DNA from: Candidatus Nanoarchaeia archaeon
Lineage (GTDB): Archaea > Nanobdellota > Nanobdellia > SCGC-AAA011-G17 > GW2011-AR17
Direction: 5' to 3'
Assembly: GCA_028706745.1 (NCBI GenBank)
Contig: JAQTVM010000001.1
Location: 12,399-76,398, forward strand
DNA: 64,000 nucleotides
In this document: positions 56,103 to 64,000 of the stretch, one piece after another
Numbering within the stretch: position 1 is the first letter of the stretch
Layout: every line of letters starts with the position of its first letter
Notes under the pieces: generated by a model
What the model was told of the DNA's origin: nothing
Seen by the model: the letters and a program-made list of their open reading frames with translations, nothing else
Databases searched by the model: none
Position numbers and translations under genes: made by a program

Positions 56103-57203
56103 ATGAGTGATGAGTTCAAAAAAGTCATACTTCTTGCAGATTATGGGAGCCTGAGCCTTGCGCAAAAAGTATATAATGAACTTTCAAAAAAGGATATATA
56201 CGGCGGACTGGAAGTTTTTGACCCTAACGGAGTGTATGTAAACCGGTTTGCAAACAGGGAAATAAATGTTGACATAATGCATCATGTAAGGGGAAGAGAT
56301 GTGTTCCTTTTCAAATCCTTTTGCACCTGCGAGCAGCCATGGGATAAATCTCAAAAATACCCGCCAAAAGACAAGATGGTTTTCAGCCCTACAGAAGCAT
56401 ATCACGAACTTTTTCTGCTGAATGATGCATTATGGAGGGGTGAAGCAAGCACCATTACAAATGTTCTCCCTTTCATGCCTTATCAAAGGCAGGATAGGAG
56501 GCCTGAAACAAACGGAAGAAGAACAAGAAGCCCCATATCGGCAAAAGTGTTTGCAGCTATGTTCAGCATAGGGGACGTAGAAAGAATCATAACCCTTGAT
56601 TCTCACTTCAAGCAGATAGAGGGTTTTCACGGCAATCATTACAATGAACTTGAAAGCTTTGTCTTATTTGCCGAATATATTGAAAAAACATTCTCAAATG
56701 ACATGGACAAGATAGTGTTTGTTGCTCCGGACCAGGGAAGCAGGGACAGGGCAAAAAAATATGCTGCATATTTTAAAAGACCTTATACTGTCGTTGACAA
56801 GGAAAGGAATATTCCGGGCGCATGCACTGCAAGCGGCATAGTTCCGGATATGAGCCTGACAGACGCAATATGCATAATACCGGATGACATAGTGGATGGC
56901 GGAGGAACACTTGTTGCTTCATCAGGCGTATTAAGAACAAAAGGCGCAAAGGAGATTATTGCGTGCTGCACGCACCCTGTATTAAGCGGCACTGCAAAAG
57001 ACAAGCTTGTTGGAAACAACATCAAATTGATTACAACAGAAAGCATTCCTGTAATGGACATTGACAGCTATCCGAATATTACTGTCCTTGATACATCTTA
57101 TCCAATCGCGCGGGCTATATGGTGCATATGCAACGGAAAGTCAATAAGCCAGCATCTTTTTGACTATGACAGGTACAAGGCAACAAGAGCTGCAAATCCT
57201 TAA
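56103..57203 (+). CDS. prs: ribose-phosphate pyrophosphokinase (PRPP synthetase) family
   Basis: PRPP-binding loop IIPDDIVDGGGTL; YQRQDRR motif; Prs fold order. Confidence 0.65.
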   Translation: MSDEFKKVILLADYGSLSLAQKVYNELSKKDIYGGLEVFDPNGVYVNRFANREINVDIMHHVRGRDVFLFKSFCTCEQPWDKSQKYPPKDKMVFSPTEAYHELFLLNDALWRGEASTITNVLPFMPYQRQDRRPETNGRRTRSPISAKVFAAMFSIGDVERIITLDSHFKQIEGFHGNHYNELESFVLFAEYIEKTFSNDMDKIVFVAPDQGSRDRAKKYAAYFKRPYTVVDKERNIPGACTASGIVPDMSLTDAICIIPDDIVDGGGTLVASSGVLRTKGAKEIIACCTHPVLSGTAKDKLVGNNIKLITTESIPVMDIDSYPNITVLDTSYPIARAIWCICNGKSISQHLFDYDRYKATRAANP

Positions 57204-57255
57204 AAAATCCCAGATTAGTTAAATATAAAAATACATTTCTTAATTCTAACCAAAG

Positions 57256-58560
57256 ATGAGAAAGCTTTTTGGCACAGACGGAATAAGGGGGAAAGCTTAT
57301 GAATATCCCATTAATGTTGACATTGCGGAAAAGCTTGGATATGCTGTTGCCTTATTCTCTAAACAAAAAAAAGTTGCAATAGGAAGAGACACAAGGATTT
57401 CAGGAAAAGAATTGGAACAGGCAGCTGCAAAGGGTGTTTCCAAAGCAGGAAAAGAAGCGGTCCTGTTAGGCATACTCCCGACTCCTGCTGTTGCATTCCT
57501 GACAAGAAAATTAAACGCAGGCGCAGGAATAATGATATCTGCTTCCCATAATCCTGCAGAAGACAATGGATTAAAGGTATTTTCCTCAGAAGGGTATAAG
57601 CTGGAGGATGAAAAAGAGGAAACGATAGAATCATATATGCTTAACACGCAAAAAGAAACAGCAGGCGGAAAAATAACAGAATATGCAGATGCAAAAAGGC
57701 AGTACATTGATTTTGCAAAAAAAGCATTCAATGGGAGCGCGGGCGGAATAAAAATTGTTGTTGATTGCGCAAACGGGGCTGCTTGCAATGTTGCAAAAGA
57801 TATTTTCAGCGATTTGAAAGCAGAAGTAACCGCAATCAACGACAGCGAAGACGGAAGCATAATAAACAGAGGCTGCGGCGCGCTGCATACAGGCAGCCTG
57901 AAAGAAGCTGTGCTGAAAGAAAAAGCGGATTTAGGCATTGCATTAGACGGGGATGCAGACAGGATTATTGCAGTGGATGAAACAGGCAGGGAGCTTGACG
58001 GAGATTATCTTCTTTACATCTGTGCAAAGCTGATGAAAGATAAAAACAGGTTAAAAAATAATACAGTTGTTGCAACAAGTATGAGCAATGGCGGTTTTGA
58101 AGAGTCAATGAGAATGGCGGGAATTGCAGTAAAAGAAACAAAAGTCGGAGACAAGTATGTTATTGAGGAGATGAGAAAAAACAATTACAGCCTTGGCGGA
58201 GAGCAGTCAGGGCATATAATCATTGCAGATTATTCAACAACAGGAGACGGAATACTCTGCGGACTGGAAATAATAAAAGCAATAAAGGAATACAAAAAGC
58301 CTCTTTCAGAGCTTGCCAACGAAGTTCAGAAATATCCACAAGTGTTAATCAACGTGCCTGTAAGGGAAAAAAAAGAAATTAAATCCCTTGATTCATATGC
58401 ATTAATACAAAAAGCAGAAAAAGATCTGGAAGGAAAAGGCAGGGTTCTTGTCAGGTATTCCGGCACAGAAATTCTATTAAGGGTAATGGTGGAGTCAAAA
58501 GAAACCCCGGAGATTTATGCAAAAGAAATAGCAGATTCATTAAGAAAAGAACTTAGCTGA
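57256..58560 (+). CDS. glmM: phosphohexomutase (phosphoglucosamine mutase GlmM-like)
   Basis: GTDGIRG; active-site SASHNPAEDNG; sugar-binding GEQSGH. Confidence 0.7.
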   Translation: MRKLFGTDGIRGKAYEYPINVDIAEKLGYAVALFSKQKKVAIGRDTRISGKELEQAAAKGVSKAGKEAVLLGILPTPAVAFLTRKLNAGAGIMISASHNPAEDNGLKVFSSEGYKLEDEKEETIESYMLNTQKETAGGKITEYADAKRQYIDFAKKAFNGSAGGIKIVVDCANGAACNVAKDIFSDLKAEVTAINDSEDGSIINRGCGALHTGSLKEAVLKEKADLGIALDGDADRIIAVDETGRELDGDYLLYICAKLMKDKNRLKNNTVVATSMSNGGFEESMRMAGIAVKETKVGDKYVIEEMRKNNYSLGGEQSGHIIIADYSTTGDGILCGLEIIKAIKEYKKPLSELANEVQKYPQVLINVPVREKKEIKSLDSYALIQKAEKDLEGKGRVLVRYSGTEILLRVMVESKETPEIYAKEIADSLRKELS

Positions 58561-61500
58561 ACCACTTATTAAGCCCTTCCTGCTTTTCAGAGTCCTTCCC
58601 AAACACAGATTCAATCCTTTTCCTTGTAATCTCAACAGACTGCCTCAGGTAAGAAGGCAGTTTATATCTCTTAATCAGGTCTTCAACAGGTTCAAGGTAT
58701 TTCACGACAGAGCCTTCTGAAATTGTAAAAAGCAGCTTCCCCTTGCACTTAATGCATTTTCCGCTCAAAGGCGGCCGCCTGTATTTTTCATTGCAGCTCA
58801 CGCACCTGAACTCCTGTGTTGAAAACTTACGCAGATTGCCCTTTATATCACGAATAAAGTGCCTTTCAATCACAAGCCGCGCTGTATCATCCGCATCAGC
58901 CGCCCTTATCTTCTCTGCAAGAATCATCTGCTTCTGCACCTTTTCCTTCATTGAAGGTATTGACTTGTAGGAACTGCAAAGCACGCCTGTATTGAAATCG
59001 GAAGTGTCGTGCGTAAATCCTATTCCCTCATACTGGCTTTCTTTTCCCAATCTCTGCCTGAATGTTTCAATTGTTTTCAAGTCAGAAGGCGATTTATACT
59101 GTTCAGCCATCTCATAAAGCTCAATAGGATATTTCCAGGCGGTGTCCATGTCAAACACCATGTCATCAACTTCAGCAGGTATTAATTTTGTAGTTATGAG
59201 CAATGGGGCGTCCTGAGTGGCTCCCCTTTTATCCGGCAAAAACTTTTTTGAAAAATTAAGCAGATGGTCCATAAGCATCATTACTGCTGCTTCATCTCCA
59301 TCACAATCGCGGCGCATAATGCAGTGCAATAATGGGTGGGCAAGAAAGCCCTGTGTTTTCGAAAACCCGACAATCCTGCATACTATGCCTGCCGCTGTGT
59401 GCGGAGACATTGCAACGCATAAGTGCCCTATTAAATCTTGTTTTGTTTCAAGCTTGTAATACGGCTCAACACCATAGAGATAAACAAGCATATCATCTAT
59501 GAAATTCGCAACCCTGAAAAGAACATTGTCAGCTCCTTCTTCAAGAGCAGCATCGCAGGCGGGCAGTATTACATCTTGGGCATTCAATTCAAGTATCTGC
59601 TCATTGCTTTCCAGGGGATTTCCATAACAGTCATGAGTATACCCCATCTCCTTTAATTTCTCAACAGAAGCCCCTACTTCTTTTGGCTTGAAATGCGTGC
59701 AAGACATTTCAGTCATGTCATACCTTATTGTCCCTTCTTTGTTAACATTAAGGTTGTGCTTCGCCCTCAGTATTCCTTTCAATATGTGCTCGGGTATGTG
59801 CTCAACATTTGAAGTTCCCCTTATTCCTTTCACAATCTCAGGCTGCTGCTGAAGCTTTGCTTTTCTCAATGCGTTGTTGTAAAAGAAATTAATGTCAATT
59901 GAATCTTTCTTGAACAAAAGGCATTTGCCGTGCGCAGGGCAGGTATCATTGTCCATCTCCTTGTTGCACTTCGGGCAGAAATATTTTCTTGCTGATTCAG
60001 AGCCGCATTCGTCACAATTGGTATAAACTGTCTTTTTCCCGCAGTTTTTGCAGTATCTTAATGGAAACTGTGCTGTAATCTTTCCTTTCCCGATTGCAGC
60101 CTGAAAGCTTCTAAGCCTGCCTCCTTCTTCTCCGACAGGAAACAATACGTGCGGGCTGCTTTTGAGCTTTCTCATCTTTGCCTTTTCAGGACGCCCCATT
60201 CTTGCGCCGATGAAAGTGCCGCACTTGTCTTTTATCTTGACAGAAGAAACGCTGTTTGCCATCTCTAATGGGGTTTCACCAACGGGCTGTTTCAAAAGTC
60301 CGCCCAAATTTTCCATTAATGCATCAGCATCATCTTTTTCAACAACAACGTGTTCGTTTCCGACAGCTATATGCTCAATTCCTATAAGCTCAAGAGCTCT
60401 TTTTGCATCCGGTGATGGAAGCGCAATCACTATCTTGCCTTTTTCAACAACAGCCTGCTTAAGAGATTCATACAACACCATAAACTGCTCTTTGGATATT
60501 GAATTCCAGTAATATACCCATCTTGGATGCAAAGGCATATCCAATAAATTGGACAATCCCATCGCTTCGCTAAAACTAAATTTTGAAATTAATGGATTTG
60601 CAACAGCCTCTTTTGTTTTTCCTGAATTTAATCCTGCTTTTTCATCAATTTGCTCGAAAGAAAGCGCTTTTTCCTTCATCTGCTTTTCAATGCACAAAGC
60701 CCACCATTCTTCATTAAATCCGCAAGGAACAAGCTTGTGCCCCCTGTTAAGGAAGTCGCCGTAATTAACAAGCAAATCCCCCAGATAAATTATTTCAGCA
60801 ACATCTTTCACATACTGCTTTGCCTCGTCTATTGTCTCAATTCTCTTCACGCTTCCGGAATTAAGCTTCACAATTGGACCGTCAATCATATCGCACACTG
60901 AAATTGTCGTTGACTTGCCTGGTCTTTCTGTCTTAAGCTGTGTTCCTATTCCAATAAATGAATCAAGTATAACCATTGTGGCAGGGCTTATTGCATCTGA
61001 AGAAAGACCGGTTGCTCTTGACCTTCCGTATCTTAACCTTAATCCGCCATTTCTTAGGGGATAAGCAATAATGGGTCTTCCTGCAACCAAATCCTTGATA
61101 AAAGTAAAGTCAGGCAGTATAGGGGCTTTTTTCTCGTCTGTTTTTGCAACAGCGCCTTTTGCTTTTATTTTGTCCTGCAAATCAAGAAATTCCCCAAGAA
61201 AATTCCACTGTTCCATGCCAAAGTCCTTGCCCCATTTTGAAAGCTGTTTCCAGAGTTTTTTTGCTTTTGCAGAAAGGCATTCGGCAGTTACAAGGCAGAA
61301 ACCCCCCCTTATCCTGTCTGACTCAATTCTCTTGAGCCCTTTGTAATTGCTTACATTAATCTCGGCAGTTCCGTCTCCGTCAATCTGCACAGGAAGGCGG
61401 CTTGTCATGAATGCAACCTCTTCATTTGAAGGCCTGTACTGAAGATTGGTTACTCTTTCATGATAATCAGCAACCTCTATGCAAGCCCTTTTAACTTCAG

Positions 61501-62086
61501 TTTCGTCAGGGTCATATTCAGCATAACCTAATTTTTTTCTTACATAATCAGCAATAAGAACAGAAACAGCCGCGCCTGTTCCACCTGCGCTTCTTACAGG
61601 TCCTGAATAAAACAATGCAAAATACTCCTTCCCGTTGTCATTTCTCTTGTTGAAATTTAATCCTGCAAAACCTTCAAGCGGGGAGGAAACAACCCCCACA
61701 GTAACATAAGCAAAGCCCATCCTTATTCCTGTTTCAATTGCTTTCTTTTTGTCTTCAAACTTGCAGAATTTTTCGCAGGCAACCTCTTCTGCTATCTTAA
61801 GCGCGACTCTCCAGTCCTGCGAACCGTATTGGGCTTCAAGCTCTGCAATCCTTGCAACAACCCCTTTGCCTACTATTTCAGGGGCAACAGTTGCTATAAG
61901 CCCCTCTACCCTCTCAGCCATGTTCTTTGCAAGAGGAATCATCACCCTGTCATCAGGGTCAAATCCTTTCTTTTTTGTCTCATTTGCAATAGAGTAAGCC
62001 CTATTAACCTCATCATCCATCCTCTTGAAGTATGCTAATATTTTTGGGCTTGCTTCCATATTATTTGTCCTATTTACTTCTTTCAC
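58553..62086 (-). CDS. polC: DNA polymerase II (PolD) large subunit DP2
   Basis: 1177 aa; DP2 Zn-finger clusters (CKNCGKK, CDECG); conserved catalytic regions; no intein. Confidence 0.9.
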   Translation of the reverse strand: MKEVNRTNNMEASPKILAYFKRMDDEVNRAYSIANETKKKGFDPDDRVMIPLAKNMAERVEGLIATVAPEIVGKGVVARIAELEAQYGSQDWRVALKIAEEVACEKFCKFEDKKKAIETGIRMGFAYVTVGVVSSPLEGFAGLNFNKRNDNGKEYFALFYSGPVRSAGGTGAAVSVLIADYVRKKLGYAEYDPDETEVKRACIEVADYHERVTNLQYRPSNEEVAFMTSRLPVQIDGDGTAEINVSNYKGLKRIESDRIRGGFCLVTAECLSAKAKKLWKQLSKWGKDFGMEQWNFLGEFLDLQDKIKAKGAVAKTDEKKAPILPDFTFIKDLVAGRPIIAYPLRNGGLRLRYGRSRATGLSSDAISPATMVILDSFIGIGTQLKTERPGKSTTISVCDMIDGPIVKLNSGSVKRIETIDEAKQYVKDVAEIIYLGDLLVNYGDFLNRGHKLVPCGFNEEWWALCIEKQMKEKALSFEQIDEKAGLNSGKTKEAVANPLISKFSFSEAMGLSNLLDMPLHPRWVYYWNSISKEQFMVLYESLKQAVVEKGKIVIALPSPDAKRALELIGIEHIAVGNEHVVVEKDDADALMENLGGLLKQPVGETPLEMANSVSSVKIKDKCGTFIGARMGRPEKAKMRKLKSSPHVLFPVGEEGGRLRSFQAAIGKGKITAQFPLRYCKNCGKKTVYTNCDECGSESARKYFCPKCNKEMDNDTCPAHGKCLLFKKDSIDINFFYNNALRKAKLQQQPEIVKGIRGTSNVEHIPEHILKGILRAKHNLNVNKEGTIRYDMTEMSCTHFKPKEVGASVEKLKEMGYTHDCYGNPLESNEQILELNAQDVILPACDAALEEGADNVLFRVANFIDDMLVYLYGVEPYYKLETKQDLIGHLCVAMSPHTAAGIVCRIVGFSKTQGFLAHPLLHCIMRRDCDGDEAAVMMLMDHLLNFSKKFLPDKRGATQDAPLLITTKLIPAEVDDMVFDMDTAWKYPIELYEMAEQYKSPSDLKTIETFRQRLGKESQYEGIGFTHDTSDFNTGVLCSSYKSIPSMKEKVQKQMILAEKIRAADADDTARLVIERHFIRDIKGNLRKFSTQEFRCVSCNEKYRRPPLSGKCIKCKGKLLFTISEGSVVKYLEPVEDLIKRYKLPSYLRQSVEITRKRIESVFGKDSEKQEGLNKWFS

Positions 62087-63534
62087 GCCATGAACTTTAC
62101 CACTTTCACTTCTCTTGTCTTCAAATTAACAACAGGCACCCTTGCAGGCTCAGGATTATGCCCTACTTTTTCCTGGAATGCTGTTTTTGACTGCCAGCAC
62201 GAGCCTGAAAGCAGAGTTGTGCTTTTGTAATTGCTTATTGCTGTCTTGTGTATGTGACCTGTTATGAAAATGTCAGGCACCTTGTCAATAACCAACGGGT
62301 CTGTTTTCTCATCAGGAATATACAATGAAGAGCCGTGCGTGGGACAGAGGTGCCTTTTTTGAAGCAAATGCTTCATCACAAGATCACCCCTATCATATCC
62401 GCCATTATGCCTTATGCTTTCAACATTTGAAATATAATAATCAAAGCTGTAGCCGTGGTACATCATTACATTGAATCCGGGAAAACCTTTAACAGCATGA
62501 ATATTAATCATCGCGGGGTTTGAAACAAATATTGCATTGGAAAGCGTATAAAGCGCAGCGGCATATGTCTTTTCAAGCACAGGCTGCGGCTCTGAAATCC
62601 TTATTGCATCGTGGTTTCCTCCGCAGATTATTATTGAAATATCCTTTCTTATTATTGAAAGATACCTTGCGCATTCATTATACTGCTCAATAATGTCTTT
62701 TATCTCAAGCTCATTGTCCTGCTCAGGATAAATTCCTATGCCGTCAACGAGGTCTCCTGCAATAAAAAGGTATTTGATTTTCATTGCCTCTTTTTTTTGC
62801 TCGTCAGTTCCTGTCTCGCCGTTAATCCAGCTTATAAATTTAAGAAATTCATCTTTCAGGAACATCTTTGAGCCTATATGCAAGTCTGATATGAATGCGG
62901 CGGAAACATCATCCGGTCCTTTTTTGAATTCGGCAACAGGAATGTCAGGCAATAACAAGTCATTTACAAAAAAAACTTCTCCATTGCAGCTTCCTGTCAC
63001 GCCTATGACTTCATCCATTGTAAGCTCATTTGCAGATTCAAATGATTTTCTATTGTCTTTTCGCACAATTGCTTTCATATGCCCTGACTGGTCTTCAAGA
63101 GTAAGGCAGATGTTTCCGTTTTTTGTTTCTTCCTTCTTAAGAACCATTCCGACGAGAGATGTTTTTTCCATTGTTTTTTTCTCAGTTGCCCGTTTTATGG
63201 AAATTGCGGACTGCATATCCAGCCTGTTCATAAGAATATCCCTTAACTGGTCATATCTTGCCCTCATATATGAAACAAAATGCCCTACTTCTCTTTTCTT
63301 TGGCTCTTCATTATAGGATTTTATAACAAAAACAGAAGGTTTCAGCTCTGCAGATGAAACAAACAAGGCATCTATCATTGAATTGTCAAAAAAAACAGGT
63401 GTATTTTTTCTTTCAATAAGGGAAGCTGCCTGCATTATGTCCTCTGCTTTCCTGCTTTTCAGAATATAATCCATGGCAGAAGGATTAAGGAATATGTTTT
63501 TTTGCATGAATGCAGAAACAATGTCAGCGCTCAT
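62083..63534 (-). CDS. polB2: DNA polymerase II (PolD) small subunit DP1 (calcineurin-like 3'-5' exonuclease)
   Basis: OB plus phosphoesterase motifs (DLHIGS, GNHD, GHIH); overlaps DP2 by 4 nt. Confidence 0.85.
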   Translation of the reverse strand: MSADIVSAFMQKNIFLNPSAMDYILKSRKAEDIMQAASLIERKNTPVFFDNSMIDALFVSSAELKPSVFVIKSYNEEPKKREVGHFVSYMRARYDQLRDILMNRLDMQSAISIKRATEKKTMEKTSLVGMVLKKEETKNGNICLTLEDQSGHMKAIVRKDNRKSFESANELTMDEVIGVTGSCNGEVFFVNDLLLPDIPVAEFKKGPDDVSAAFISDLHIGSKMFLKDEFLKFISWINGETGTDEQKKEAMKIKYLFIAGDLVDGIGIYPEQDNELEIKDIIEQYNECARYLSIIRKDISIIICGGNHDAIRISEPQPVLEKTYAAALYTLSNAIFVSNPAMINIHAVKGFPGFNVMMYHGYSFDYYISNVESIRHNGGYDRGDLVMKHLLQKRHLCPTHGSSLYIPDEKTDPLVIDKVPDIFITGHIHKTAISNYKSTTLLSGSCWQSKTAFQEKVGHNPEPARVPVVNLKTREVKVVKFMA

Positions 63535-64000
63535 AATCCCAATCCCTCCCTCAGCAGCCTTTCTATTTTAGGAGCGGTTGAGGGAGGTATTCCTAGCCCG
63601 AGATGCCTTGTCCTGCCATATCTTCCATGGCTCACTAATTTCGTATGCAAAATCCCAAGAAGTTCAAGTTCCCCCAAAATGTCAGAAAATCTTCTTTGCG
63701 TCAAAACCTTGTTCTTGAGGTTCAGGCAAAGATTTTTGTAGCCGTCGTACGCGTTGCCGCTTAAAACAGGCTTGCTATTATCCTTGCTGCAAAGCTCGAA
63801 CAAGGAAAAAAGAACCATCATGTTTTGCTTGTTCATGTTCTTGACAGCATCAAAATATTTGTCAGTGTCCAGCTTTTCATCAGCCTCGTCAAGGCTTTCT
63901 ATTGTTATCAAATTCTCATTTTTTCTTTCAGATATTTCCGCAGAAACCCTTAGAAGGTCTATTGCCCTTCTTGCATCCCCGTGAGTGGCGGCATACGCGG
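63531..64000 (-). CDS. cdc6: Orc1/Cdc6 replication initiator, C-terminal part (5' end beyond window)
   Basis: Translation of the minus strand to the window edge gives ...THGDARRAIDLLRVSAEI... followed by a winged-helix domain; overlaps DP1 by 4 nt. Confidence 0.8.
   Translation of the reverse strand, partial: AYAATHGDARRAIDLLRVSAEISERKNENLITIESLDEADEKLDTDKYFDAVKNMNKQNMMVLFSLFELCSKDNSKPVLSGNAYDGYKNLCLNLKNKVLTQRRFSDILGELELLGILHTKLVSHGRYGRTRHLGLGIPPSTAPKIERLLREGLGL

Noticed and set aside
63531-64000. Replication origin within the window near cdc6
   Set aside because: Only the 3' part of cdc6 is in the window. Its upstream region, where ORB repeats would be, lies beyond position 64000.

Overview
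AT-rich (~35-40% GC) archaeal chromosomal segment. Gene content (PolD DP1/DP2, Orc1/Cdc6, MCM, family-B polymerase, FEN-1, TBP, aIF1A, aIF2-beta, Cdc48, archaeal-type Leu/Ile/Ser-tRNA synthetases, Taw1, Trm5, pyruvate:ferredoxin oxidoreductase) fits a small-genome euryarchaeal or DPANN-like organism. The backbone is dense in replication, translation and anaerobic-metabolism genes: leuS, rlmE, trm5, fen, polB, map, cdc48, porGDAB, taw1, aIF1A, nrdR-nrdD(intein)-nrdG, aIF2-beta, mcm, tbp, ileS, serS, prs, glmM-like, polD large and small subunits, and a partial orc1/cdc6 at the right edge. Accessory islands are interleaved: (i) a BcgI-like fused restriction-modification system with a ribbon-helix-helix gene upstream; (ii) a ClpX-like AAA+ unfoldase with a novel N-terminal domain, next to MetAP and an SppA protease; (iii) two HEPN/minimal-nucleotidyltransferase toxin-antitoxin pairs and an RHH/MazF pair; (iv) a 1.5-kb toxin-antitoxin cassette bounded by perfect 24-bp direct repeats, sitting in the aIF2-beta promoter; (v) at about 45.6-52 kb, a XerC/D-family tyrosine recombinase transcribed away from an array of at least five gene cassettes. 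Feature (v) is the most striking. Each cassette boundary is the conserved palindrome GCCTAAC-AGTC-GTTAGGC, which matches the integron inverse-core and core consensus. Most boundaries are preceded by a conserved GC-rich module of about 110 bp. Each cassette ORF is bracketed by its own 13-16 bp inverted repeats. This looks like an integron-like or IMEX-like cassette platform built on a Xer-type recombinase that lacks the IntI-specific insertion. No rRNA, convincing tRNA or CRISPR array was seen.
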